From a bacterium (GTDB lineage Bacteria > Patescibacteriota > Minisyncoccia > UBA6257 > GWB1-50-10), in contig JAKAIX010000001.1 in assembly GCA_021814165.1 (NCBI GenBank), forward strand, positions 150,787 through 214,786: a DNA stretch of 64,000 bases, written 5' to 3'. Position numbers and translations under genes: made by a program. Each line of letters opens with the position of its first letter. Position 1 is the stretch's first letter. The notes below the pieces were generated by a model that was not told where the DNA came from, did not search any database, and saw only the letters and a program-made list of their open reading frames with translations. Shown piece by piece: positions 55,614-64,000 of this stretch.

Positions 55614-55755
55614 GAAGGTAGTATAGCATCTTTATGACGATACTCACCCTGATTCAAAGATCACCCAAGACCCCCTAGCTATAGTTGGTAAAACAGGAAA
55701 GCGACACAAAATAATCACGTGTCGCTTTCTTTTTATTACTCATAAGAAACCATGT

Positions 55756-56445
55756 CTACCCGAGAGGAATATATCCCATATCCCTTAATGTCTGAAGAAG
55801 GAATATCTTATCTTCAAACACGCCGAGTTTTTTTGTCTCCACTCCGCCGTATTCGAGAAATAATTTCCATGCTTCTTCGTCTGCCACAGGGATCCAAAGT
55901 TCTTCTTCGTTATTCACTCTCCACCAGTTCGTTCCGCAGCTGCAGGCGAAACAATTTTCAGGAAACTGCTTCTTCGTCAGTGCTTCCCACGGGAATGGAT
56001 CCGTTTTAGAACTTTTTCGCAAATCTTCACATACGCAGGGTCCCTTATATCTTTCCTGAGGACCGGTGTATTTTTCGGGAGCAGGCGTACTGGTTCCTAC
56101 AAAAAACTCACGCATCTTTCCGCAAATGAACGCTTTCATTGCGTGGTTTATTGCGTTGTTCGCGGTGAACAAGGGTTCTTCCGTTTCCGGATCTATCCAG
56201 AATGTATCGTCATCCTTTGACCGCCTTACTTCCCAGTGGTACGAGCCGTCATTTTGTTTAATCCCCTTTGCTTCCCAGGGATCGGTGAAAACGATTCCAC
56301 CTTCGATATAATCGATCGCCGTGATTGCGCCCTTGGCGAATTTCTCCTTTTCGCTCAGGTCTTCTACCGACTCAACGACCAGATGCTGCACACAACAAGC
56401 CATAACGAGATCCGTTTCGGGACCGTGCCATTCATAAAGAGGCAT
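55756..56445 (-). CDS. Hypothetical protein
   Basis: 229-aa ORF with no motif recognised. Confidence 0.35.
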   Translation of the reverse strand: MPLYEWHGPETDLVMACCVQHLVVESVEDLSEKEKFAKGAITAIDYIEGGIVFTDPWEAKGIKQNDGSYHWEVRRSKDDDTFWIDPETEEPLFTANNAINHAMKAFICGKMREFFVGTSTPAPEKYTGPQERYKGPCVCEDLRKSSKTDPFPWEALTKKQFPENCFACSCGTNWWRVNNEEELWIPVADEEAWKLFLEYGGVETKKLGVFEDKIFLLQTLRDMGYIPLG

Positions 56446-56585
56446 ATATCCTCCTTCTTTTGATTTCTATCTAGTTAATTAGAAAGTTGCTTTGATACGA
56501 AAGTACAACAATATACGGATTTCGTCAATCTACGGGTGTATCGTACTCCTTCGATAACTTTCTTGTTTCTGATATAATCGAGGAC

Positions 56586-56993
56586 ATGAATATCATTACC
56601 ATTTTAATCTCGGCGGCAGTTTGTTTTATTATCGGGTTCCTCTTCCACGGACCCCTTTTCGGAAAGGTCTGGATGAAACTCGCGAACATCACTCCCACCG
56701 GGAATGAAAAATTCTCCGACATGTGGAAGCAGATGCTTTGGAACTATATCGGGTGCGCAGTCACGGCGGCGATACTCAGCATGATGATCTGGATCGCGTC
56801 CTACTCCACGATCATGGGAATCATGACCTGGTATAAAGGCGCCATTATCGGCGCATGGCTCTGGCTGGGTTTCGTCGCGGTATGGACCTCGATGGATGTG
56901 ATATGGATGAAAAAATCCTTCAAGCTCTGGCTTTTTGATTCTGTCTCATTCCTCGTTTCCATCGCAGTAATGGGAGCGATACTGGCCGCCTAA
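56586..56993 (+). CDS. DUF1761-like membrane protein
   Basis: GFLFHGPLFGKVWM motif and four TM helices. Confidence 0.5.
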   Translation: MNIITILISAAVCFIIGFLFHGPLFGKVWMKLANITPTGNEKFSDMWKQMLWNYIGCAVTAAILSMMIWIASYSTIMGIMTWYKGAIIGAWLWLGFVAVWTSMDVIWMKKSFKLWLFDSVSFLVSIAVMGAILAA

Positions 56994-57018
56994 CAAGAGC
57001 GCGACCATCACTACCGGG

Positions 57019-57534
57019 CTATTTCCCCAGAAGCAGCCCGGTTAAGAAACGCGTGAAAATATCCGTGTCCGGACCGTATACTATCGCCCCGCCCAAAGTT
57101 CCGGTAAGGAACAAAAGTCCGAGGCCCACGAGCGCAAGTACAACCATCATCCAGGAGCGGAATATCGAGGTGCGCAACAAACAGACGGTTCTCCACGCCC
57201 TGAAATTCAAGAGAGACGGAAACTTCGCGACGAAGACGTTATTGACGACGTCCACGAGATACGGGATGAGGAGCACCGCGAAAGCGATCGTCGTGGCGGC
57301 AGCGAATCCGGAATGGATTTCGATTAAATCCCTCGCGTGCGGATACAAGGATTCGCCGAACTCCCCCGTTCCCAAGGCCGCGAACGCTCCCAAAAGCCCG
57401 AAGAAGAGCAGGGCAAATTTTATGTAAAACCACTCCTTAAGCGCCATGAGCTTATTCGATCTCACAAGCTCAAAAAGCCCGTAGAGCGAAAGCAGGGCTA
57501 TCGGAAAATGCACCAAGATAGGATGAATGTTCAT
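57019..57534 (-). CDS. DUF2231-like membrane protein
   Basis: MNIHPILVHFPIALL N-terminus. Confidence 0.5.
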   Translation of the reverse strand: MNIHPILVHFPIALLSLYGLFELVRSNKLMALKEWFYIKFALLFFGLLGAFAALGTGEFGESLYPHARDLIEIHSGFAAATTIAFAVLLIPYLVDVVNNVFVAKFPSLLNFRAWRTVCLLRTSIFRSWMMVVLALVGLGLLFLTGTLGGAIVYGPDTDIFTRFLTGLLLGK

Positions 57535-57630
57535 TTCCTCGTATATCCGTCTTATTGTAACACACGATAGATGCGGATGGCGACCGTAAAAATATTGAAG
57601 CGGTACAGGGTTTATTCCGTACCGCTCCGA

Positions 57631-58038
57631 TTACATCGGGTAGAGTAACATACAAAGCGCGAATCCCTCGGACTTGTCATCGCGGGAATCGACCTTGTAT
57701 TCCCCTGAAAATTTTCCGTGGCTTACCTCGGTGAGGTTATAAATAACCTCATACGGGAATATATTCTCATCTTTAGGATCAAGATATCTTTTCTTAAATA
57801 TCAATTGCCTTCCGGCATTTGACATGAATATCTCGCCATCCTTGATAAGAAAAGTCCCGTGGCCATCTTCGAAGTTGCTAATTGTACTGAAACTGCTGTT
57901 GTTAAAAACAACAGGTGCCATGAAGAAATTCTCCGGATGCCTCGGTCCCGAAAAAATAGCCCTTAAGAACTCATCCTCACTAAAAACATCAAAGAAAGGG
58001 TGAGAACTGAATACTGCTACTAATACCGCTTTCATCAC
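57631..58038 (-). CDS. Hypothetical protein
   Basis: 135-aa ORF. Confidence 0.3.
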   Translation of the reverse strand: MMKAVLVAVFSSHPFFDVFSEDEFLRAIFSGPRHPENFFMAPVVFNNSSFSTISNFEDGHGTFLIKDGEIFMSNAGRQLIFKKRYLDPKDENIFPYEVIYNLTEVSHGKFSGEYKVDSRDDKSEGFALCMLLYPM

Positions 58039-58197
58039 TACCTCACGATCTATTTTGATTTTGTAAATTATCTCTTCTCCCTACACCATGTAGTATCGCA
58101 AAAAACGATTCCAGTCAACCAACTCCCCAAACGACGAATCCCCACTCCTCATGGAGCGGGGCATATCGTCAATCGTGTCGGAAGAAATGTGAATTCC

Positions 58198-58908
58198 TTA
58201 TTTCCCCGTTTTCGGGAGAGAAATATCCCGAACGACGGTCGCGGTGATCGTTCCGTTTGCGTTCGTTCCGAACGCGCGAACGGTATCTCCGTTCTGGATG
58301 TCACCCACCGTGATGGAACCCCACTTCTTGTTCAAGAATCTCGCATTCGAGGCGAAATTCACCGTATAGGCGGTTCCGTTCGCTGTCGTGAGCGTAATCG
58401 ACGAGGCGCTTACCGCACTTGCGGTGCCCTGGTACGTCCTTGCTCGCTCGCTTTCCATCTCCTGACGAGCGGACTTCCTGTTCTGGGTATTTTCCGCGTT
58501 TACCGTCTTTCCGTATGTCCAGTCATGCACCGTCTTCGCATTAACGGCCCAGCTTCCGCTCTCGGAAACGGCTCCTAAGACGCCGACAAAATCTCCCTGG
58601 CTGAACTTCGACGCGTCCCCTCCCGGCAAGACCTCGGCGGAAGAAGGAACGTTCACCGTCCACTCGCCGCCCCAGCTCTTCACCGTGAGAGTACCGCTTC
58701 CTACCGAGTCAATCGTACCACGCAGAAGCACTCTTCCTCCCGCGTTTACCTCCAATACCATCGGCTGCGTTTTAGGAGTCGGCGTTGACGCCGGCGCTGT
58801 CGTAGTCGTAGGGGTCGGCACGGTCTGGGCTCCCGCAACGAGCGTTGAAGCAAGAAGCAGCCCCATTGCCGCGATTCCGCCGCCTACAAGCGATCTTTTT
58901 ATACTCAT
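58198..58908 (-). CDS. Secreted protein with signal peptide and Thr/Pro-rich linker
   Basis: MSIKRSLVGGGIAAMGLLLASTLVAGA signal peptide, followed by a PTPTTTTAPASTPTPKT linker. Confidence 0.5.
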   Translation of the reverse strand: MSIKRSLVGGGIAAMGLLLASTLVAGAQTVPTPTTTTAPASTPTPKTQPMVLEVNAGGRVLLRGTIDSVGSGTLTVKSWGGEWTVNVPSSAEVLPGGDASKFSQGDFVGVLGAVSESGSWAVNAKTVHDWTYGKTVNAENTQNRKSARQEMESERARTYQGTASAVSASSITLTTANGTAYTVNFASNARFLNKKWGSITVGDIQNGDTVRAFGTNANGTITATVVRDISLPKTGK

Positions 58909-59015
58909 AAGTTGGATTATTGTTGTGTTTCTCGACCTTTGATAATACTACAAAGAGAAGAACCCCGATATTTCACGGAAAGCGAGCCAGAACGGCACGG
59001 GAAGGATATAATTAC

Positions 59016-59261
59016 CCCATGCGGTATTTTGTGTATATCCTTCAATGCGCGGATGGAACGCTTTATACAGGGTCTACCAACGACCTCAAAAAGCGCGTTC
59101 GGGAGCATAATTCCTCGAAACGGGGGGCCCGTTATACGAAGACCCGGCGGCCGGTCATTCTGAAATACTCCGAAACATTCCAGACACTCAGCAGGGCGAG
59201 ATCGCGCGAACATGAAATAAAAAGCTGGACTAGAGAAAAGAAACTGAATCTAATAGACTAG
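59016..59261 (+). CDS. GIY-YIG nuclease family protein (UPF0213-like)
   Basis: MRYFVYILQCADGTLYTGSTNDLKKRVREHN. Confidence 0.75.
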   Translation, partial: PMRYFVYILQCADGTLYTGSTNDLKKRVREHNSSKRGARYTKTRRPVILKYSETFQTLSRARSREHEIKSWTREKKLNLID

Positions 59262-59273
59262 GAGAAACGGACA

Positions 59274-59957
59274 ATGGCGCAATCCCAAAAACATATCGTC
59301 ATCTTCTCGCACGGCTTCGGAGTCCGGTGGGGCGATCGCGGCCTTTTTTCGGACATCGCGGCGTCTCTGCCGGACGTCGAACCCGTTCTTTTCGACTACA
59401 ACGAGGTAAACGAAGCGGCGAATACTCTCACGGTTCGCCCTTTTTCGGAACAAGCGGAGCTGTTCAAAAAAACTTTGGAAGACGCGCGACGAAAAGACGC
59501 GAACGCAATCATCGATGTAATCTGCCATTCTCAGGGCGCTTTGCCCGTGGCACTCGCAAAGCCGGAAGGAATCCGCACAACGATCCTGCTCGCCCCTTCG
59601 TTTACGAACGACACGCAACGCATGGTTTTACAATTCGAGAACCGCCCGGGCACCGAGATAAACCTGAAAGGAATATCAAAACTTGCCCGAGCCGACGGAA
59701 GCACGACCATCGTACCCGCCGAGTACTGGGCCGAACGCGCGCGGACGGAGCCGGTTGATTTGTACAATGCCCTTGCCGATCATACCGAGCTTGTTATCAT
59801 TATTGCCAAACAGGACGAGATTTTAGGGCATCACGATGTCGAAGGATTGAATGAAAAGATAACGATCAAGGAGCTGGACGGCGCTCATAGTTTCGCGGGA
59901 GAACCGAGAAAGATTCTTATAAAAGAACTCGAAGCCGTGCTCCGGATCGGCGAATAA
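59274..59957 (+). CDS. Alpha/beta hydrolase
   Basis: HIVIFSHGFG and nucleophile elbow CHSQG. Confidence 0.65.
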   Translation: MAQSQKHIVIFSHGFGVRWGDRGLFSDIAASLPDVEPVLFDYNEVNEAANTLTVRPFSEQAELFKKTLEDARRKDANAIIDVICHSQGALPVALAKPEGIRTTILLAPSFTNDTQRMVLQFENRPGTEINLKGISKLARADGSTTIVPAEYWAERARTEPVDLYNALADHTELVIIIAKQDEILGHHDVEGLNEKITIKELDGAHSFAGEPRKILIKELEAVLRIGE

Positions 59958-59975
59958 TCACACCAAAGAACGAAC

Positions 59976-62597
59976 ATGAAATCACGTAAACCAAAACCGG
60001 TGCGACTTTCCCGACATATCGTTCCTTTGAAATATACATTGAAGCTCACGCCGGACTTGGAAGCATTCACTTTCGAGGGCGAAGAGACTATCCGCCTTCG
60101 AATCAAAAAGGAAACCAGGAATATCACGCTTCACTCGAAAGAACTCGCGCTCGAAGTCGCCGAAATTACGCGAGGAAACGAAAAAGAATTCGCGCTTAGT
60201 ACCACCTACGACGAGAAAGCGGAAACCGCGACTTTTTTGTTCCGAAAAAAGATCCCGAAAGGAACCGCCGATTTGCGGCTCGTATTCCGCGGGGTATTAA
60301 ACGACAAGATGCAGGGATTCTACCGGAGCCGTTATGACGTAGGCGGCGAAACGCGCCACATGGCGACGACGCAGTTCGAGGCGACTGACGCGCGAAGAGC
60401 ATTCCCCTGTTTCGACGAACCCGCGATGAAATCGATTTTCCAGGTAACGCTCGTCGTCCCGAAAGACAAAACGGCGATCTCAAACACGATCCCCTCGGAA
60501 ATTCGGGAGCACGAGGACGGACGAAAAAGCGTCGTCTTCGCGCCGACACCGAAAATGTCCACTTATCTTCTCGCTTTCATCGCGGGCGATTTCGAGCATA
60601 TCCAAAAGAAAACAAAAGAGGGCGTGCTGGTGCGCGTGTTCACAACTCCGGGAAAAATCCGTCAGGCGGAATTTGCGCTCCTCTGCGCCGTAAAAACGCT
60701 TTCGTTCTTCACCGAGTATTTCAAGATTCCGTATCCCCTTCCAGTATTGGATATCATCGCCGCGCCCGACTTCGCGGCAGGTGCCATGGAAAACTGGGGC
60801 GCGATCACATTCCGGGAAACCGCGCTCCTTGTCGATCCGAAACATTCCTCCAACGCGAACAAGCAATGGGTTGCGCTCGTCATCGCGCACGAACTCGCCC
60901 ACCAGTGGTTCGGAAACCTTGTAACCATGGAATGGTGGACACACTTGTGGCTCAACGAAGGCTTCGCTTCTTATATCGAATATTGTGCGGTAGATCACCT
61001 CTTCCCAAAGTGGGATATCTGGACGCAGTTCGTGCATCGCGAGCCCGGCATAGCGCTCGAACTCGACGCACTGGAGAATACCCATCCCATAGAAGTCGAC
61101 GTACATCACCCCGACGAGATCGGGGAAGTATTCGACACGGTGAGCTACTCGAAAGGAGCGAGCATCATCCGCATGCTTGCCGAATATCTCGGAGAAAAAG
61201 ACTTCCGCGACGGGCTGCGATACTATCTCAAGAAGCACAGTTATTCCAATACTTCGACTGCTCACCTTTGGAGCGCTTTTGAGAAGACGTCGGGAAAACC
61301 GGTCGGCGCGATCATGAAATATTGGACGAAGAAGCCCGGCTATCCTCTCGTCACGCTTTCAGACCGCAACGGTTCGTTTGTCCTGAAGCAGGAGCGATTT
61401 TTTTCGAGTTCCCTCTCCCGAGCGCGCTCGCGGGAAAAAACAACCTGGCCCATACCCGTTATCTTGAAAACCGCGAACGGAACAACGCGGCGAATACTTG
61501 CGGAGAAAAAAACCGTCACTCTCCCGGAAAAATTCGGAATGCCCATAAAATTAAACAGCGGCGAATCGGGTTTCTTCGTGACGCAATATCCAAAGAGCTT
61601 CATTCCGATTATAAAAAAATCGCTGCGGGAGAAACGATTTGAAGCCCGCGACCGGCTCGGTCTTATACGAGACATGATGATGCTCGCGGAATCGGGCAAG
61701 TGCAAAACCGAGGAGGCCCTGGACCTTGCCTCATATTATCTGGAAGAGACCGACTACACCGTATGGTCCGAACTGGTTTCCTCGCTCAACAAAATAAAAT
61801 CGCTCGTCGCGGAGGAACGCTTTCGAGAAGGTTATTATTCCTTCGCGCGGGAATTACTCGCTCCGGTCATGAGGGAGGTGGGCTGGAAACCGGCACCGCG
61901 CGAGAATCACACCCGCGCGCTTCTTCGAAGTCTTGTACTTCGGAATGCCGGGATGTACGGGAACAAGGACATGATACGACGCGCGAGAAACGAGTTTAAA
62001 AAAATAACGGGGCGTGCAAACCCGGTTTCTGCGGACTTACGGGATGCGGTGTACTGCACCGTCGCAAGCCACGGCGGCGCAAAAGAACATGCCGCCCTGG
62101 TCGCAATGTACCGCCACGCGACGCTTCACGAGGAAAAGAACAGGATCGGGAGAGCGCTCGGATGCTTTACCAACAGGAATCTTCTCAAGAATACGCTTGC
62201 GTTCTCGGTATCGCGCCACGTGCGGCCCCAAGACACCGTGGGAGTCATTTCAGCGGTGTGGTCAAACCCCGAAGGACGGGATCTTGCGTGGACGTTCGTA
62301 AAAACGCACTGGAAATTTCTCCTCGACCGATACGGGAGCAGCCATGCGCTTGCGCGGCTTATCGCGTTTTCCGGAACATTCACGTCAGCGGCAAAAACGA
62401 AAGAAGTGGAACGATTTTTCAAGGCAAATCCTGCTCCGGGAGCATCGAGAACGATTCATCAGGCGATCGAGAAGATACGCTCGAACGCCGCGTGGCTCTC
62501 ACGCGAAAGAGAAGCGCTTACAAGGCTCTTTATGCGGAAGGATTCTTTTCCCTTACGCACTTCGTATCCAACGCGCACGAACCCGCACCGGTCATGA
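59976..62597 (+). CDS. pepN: Aminopeptidase N (M1 family)
   Basis: GAMENWG and HELAHQWFGNLVTMEWW...LNEGFA zincin motifs. Confidence 0.9.
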   Translation: MKSRKPKPVRLSRHIVPLKYTLKLTPDLEAFTFEGEETIRLRIKKETRNITLHSKELALEVAEITRGNEKEFALSTTYDEKAETATFLFRKKIPKGTADLRLVFRGVLNDKMQGFYRSRYDVGGETRHMATTQFEATDARRAFPCFDEPAMKSIFQVTLVVPKDKTAISNTIPSEIREHEDGRKSVVFAPTPKMSTYLLAFIAGDFEHIQKKTKEGVLVRVFTTPGKIRQAEFALLCAVKTLSFFTEYFKIPYPLPVLDIIAAPDFAAGAMENWGAITFRETALLVDPKHSSNANKQWVALVIAHELAHQWFGNLVTMEWWTHLWLNEGFASYIEYCAVDHLFPKWDIWTQFVHREPGIALELDALENTHPIEVDVHHPDEIGEVFDTVSYSKGASIIRMLAEYLGEKDFRDGLRYYLKKHSYSNTSTAHLWSAFEKTSGKPVGAIMKYWTKKPGYPLVTLSDRNGSFVLKQERFFSSSLSRARSREKTTWPIPVILKTANGTTRRILAEKKTVTLPEKFGMPIKLNSGESGFFVTQYPKSFIPIIKKSLREKRFEARDRLGLIRDMMMLAESGKCKTEEALDLASYYLEETDYTVWSELVSSLNKIKSLVAEERFREGYYSFARELLAPVMREVGWKPAPRENHTRALLRSLVLRNAGMYGNKDMIRRARNEFKKITGRANPVSADLRDAVYCTVASHGGAKEHAALVAMYRHATLHEEKNRIGRALGCFTNRNLLKNTLAFSVSRHVRPQDTVGVISAVWSNPEGRDLAWTFVKTHWKFLLDRYGSSHALARLIAFSGTFTSAAKTKEVERFFKANPAPGASRTIHQAIEKIRSNAAWLSREREALTRLFMRKDSFPLRTSYPTRTNPHRS

Positions 62598-62970
62598 ATA
62601 GAGTGACGACTGCCGCGAGAAGAATAAGCACGTACTCGTACCCTCCTTTCGAGACATAGAAACCGTTCCCGATATGAACCAGAAATAACGCGACGATCAT
62701 GTCGACGGTAAGGAATAACGACGCCCAGCGCGTGAGAAAACCGGCGATAAGCGCGATACCGCCCAAGAGTTCCACGAGCGTGACGACGTATGCAAAAAAC
62801 AAAGCCAACGGAACGCCGAGCGACGCGAGAAACTGCTCCGTCCCTCCTATGCCGCCCGCGAGTTTCTGGTAACCGTGCACGGCGAAAATGACTCCGGTGA
62901 CCACCCGAAGCACAAAGAGTCCCCACCCTTCGCATGTCTTCCCGCCGCGGGAAAAAATTGGATTATTCAT
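62530..62970 (-). CDS. DoxX family membrane protein
   Basis: LFVLRVVTGVIFAVHGYQKL... Start set at MNNPIF. Its 3' end overlaps the pepN 3' end by about 67 nt. Confidence 0.55.
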   Translation of the reverse strand: MNNPIFSRGGKTCEGWGLFVLRVVTGVIFAVHGYQKLAGGIGGTEQFLASLGVPLALFFAYVVTLVELLGGIALIAGFLTRWASLFLTVDMIVALFLVHIGNGFYVSKGGYEYVLILLAAVVTLFMTGAGSCALDTKCVREKNPSA

Positions 62971-63035
62971 GGGAATAATTGTATCAGAGCGAATTGTTCC
63001 TCTCAATATAATGCGATATGATACTAGTAATAAAG

Positions 63036-63070
63036 TTATCCACAATTTTATCGAGGCCCGGCCTCGATAA
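63036..63070. terminator. TTATCCACA + TTATCGAGGCCCGGCCTCGATAA composite repeat
   Basis: Exact DnaA-box 9-mer at 63036-63044 and hairpin at 63048-63070. Confidence 0.55.
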
Positions 63071-63081
63071 TTGTTAGAGAC

Positions 63082-63417
63082 ATGACCACAGACCTTATGA
63101 CCTGCCCATCGTGCCACGCGACAATCCCCCTTCAGGAAGCGAGATTTTGTCCTTATTGCGGGAAGATGTTCAAAATATCGACGTCCATAGGAAAACAAGT
63201 CGTGGTATATTTTGTGAGTTTGTTTATCCCTCCCTTCGGCTTCTGGTACGTTTGGAAATACATTCGGCAAGGAGACCGGAAATCCAAGGTTATTGGAATT
63301 GTTGCCGCGATCCTTACCGTAATCTCGATAGTCATCAGCATCTGGCTCTGGGACAAATCCGTTGCTGCCCTGAACCAGGCGATGAATGCGTCGCTCGGTG
63401 GCTTTGGACTCTACTAG
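63082..63417 (+). CDS. Zinc-ribbon (CPSC...CPYC) protein with two TM helices
   Basis: MTCPSCHATIPLQEARFCPYCG followed by hydrophobic segments. Confidence 0.4.
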   Translation: MTTDLMTCPSCHATIPLQEARFCPYCGKMFKISTSIGKQVVVYFVSLFIPPFGFWYVWKYIRQGDRKSKVIGIVAAILTVISIVISIWLWDKSVAALNQAMNASLGGFGLY

Positions 63418-63451
63418 TTATCCACACTTCTATCGAAGCCCGGCCTCGATA
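63418..63451. terminator. TTATCCACA + TATCGAAGCCCGGCCTCGATA composite repeat
   Basis: Exact DnaA-box 9-mer at 63418-63426 and hairpin at 63431-63451, between convergent genes. Confidence 0.55.
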
Positions 63452-63452
63452 A

Positions 63453-63977
63453 TCACACTCGTATCTCTTTTTCGAGCCACGGGATATGTTCGTGCGTCCT
63501 CTTCCACCACAAATCCTCCCAGAGATAATGCACCGCGAGTTGCTTGTAACTCCCGAACCGTTCGAAATATTTTAGAAGTTTTTTGACGGATACCGGACGC
63601 TCCGTGCTCCGATTAAAGAACAGCTTCGAATAAATCTTCTGTTCCCATGGCGAGACGTGGTTGAAAAAATCCCAATGATGAAAGACGTCAAAAAGAAGAT
63701 ACCATACGGTTGCCGGCCCCACGCCGTACAGTTCGAGAAGTTTTTCCATCTGGGTTTCCCTGGACTTTTTCCGTAGCTCTTCTTCATCCATCAATCCTTT
63801 CCCGAAATACTCATCCGTTTTTTTTATCGACTTCGCGCGGTATCCCATCTTCAATTTACGGAGCCGCTCCTCCGATACCCTTGAGAGCGCTCCCGGTTTC
63901 CAAAAACACCATAATTCTTTTTCGTCGAATCTAAGAAGCGCCCCATAATGTTCAAGAAGCGTTTTGAACATCTGCAT
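63453..63977 (-). CDS. HhH-GPD superfamily DNA glycosylase-like protein
   Basis: LELYGVGPATVWYLL helix-hairpin-helix region. The N-terminus may extend past the window end. Confidence 0.45.
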   Translation of the reverse strand: MQMFKTLLEHYGALLRFDEKELWCFWKPGALSRVSEERLRKLKMGYRAKSIKKTDEYFGKGLMDEEELRKKSRETQMEKLLELYGVGPATVWYLLFDVFHHWDFFNHVSPWEQKIYSKLFFNRSTERPVSVKKLLKYFERFGSYKQLAVHYLWEDLWWKRTHEHIPWLEKEIRV

Positions 63978-64000
63978 CGATCGCCGTACCGTGGCGTTTT

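Noticed and set aside
62530-62597. Frameshift or pseudogene at the pepN/DoxX convergent overlap (~67 bp)
   Set aside because: Both reading frames are intact through their conserved domains. The overlap affects only poorly conserved C-terminal tails and may simply reflect real convergent overlap or a slightly earlier true stop. There is no positive evidence of disruption.

Overview
This 64-kb window appears to come from a small-genome, gene-dense bacterium. It resembles an uncultivated Patescibacteria/CPR-type organism, but that is an inference from gene content, not a database result. The standard genetic code is in use: def and murC end on TGA with intact conserved C-termini.

Most genes are housekeeping:
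- Cell wall and division: murC, ctpA-like S41 protease, a D-Ala-D-Ala carboxypeptidase, an FtsB-like protein, two GT4 glycosyltransferases and a DUF4012 envelope protein.
- Translation: rpmA, rplI, def, fmt, lepA, ychF and hpf.
- DNA repair and replication: uvrA, uvrB, uvrC, dnaX, scpA/scpB and several glycosylases and nucleases.
- Salvage and metabolism: an aminopeptidase N, a nucleoside hydrolase, a PRTase, a PepE-like peptidase, HAD hydrolases, a nitroreductase and two patatin-like lipases.
- Three tRNAs: Gln-CUG, Gly-CCC and Gln-UUG.

No CRISPR array, integrase, transposase, reverse transcriptase or recognisable defence operon was found. The most unusual observations are:
1. Two divergent, inverted copies of a ~400-nt element (28345-28740 and 42598-42990). 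Their compensatory helix changes suggest a structured RNA rather than a protein. They sit directly 3' of hpf and ychF, both ribosome-associated genes.
2. AT-rich GGAATTAGGAAT-type palindromic elements lying in-frame inside murC, with related motifs in fmt and uvrC. This resembles the in-frame palindromic elements of Rickettsia.
3. An ECF-like sigma factor with a C-terminal domain of three YPGKFLP(W/Y) repeats.
4. A 581-aa cysteine-rich protein with duplicated zinc-ribbon modules, in an operon with an ABC exporter.
5. Several families of repeated hairpins and motifs: GAAGCGGTAC stems, TATCGAGGCCCGGCCTCGATA coupled to an exact DnaA-box 9-mer, and GCCTCAAAAT palindromes.
6. A 21-nt motif conserved upstream of three consecutive genes.
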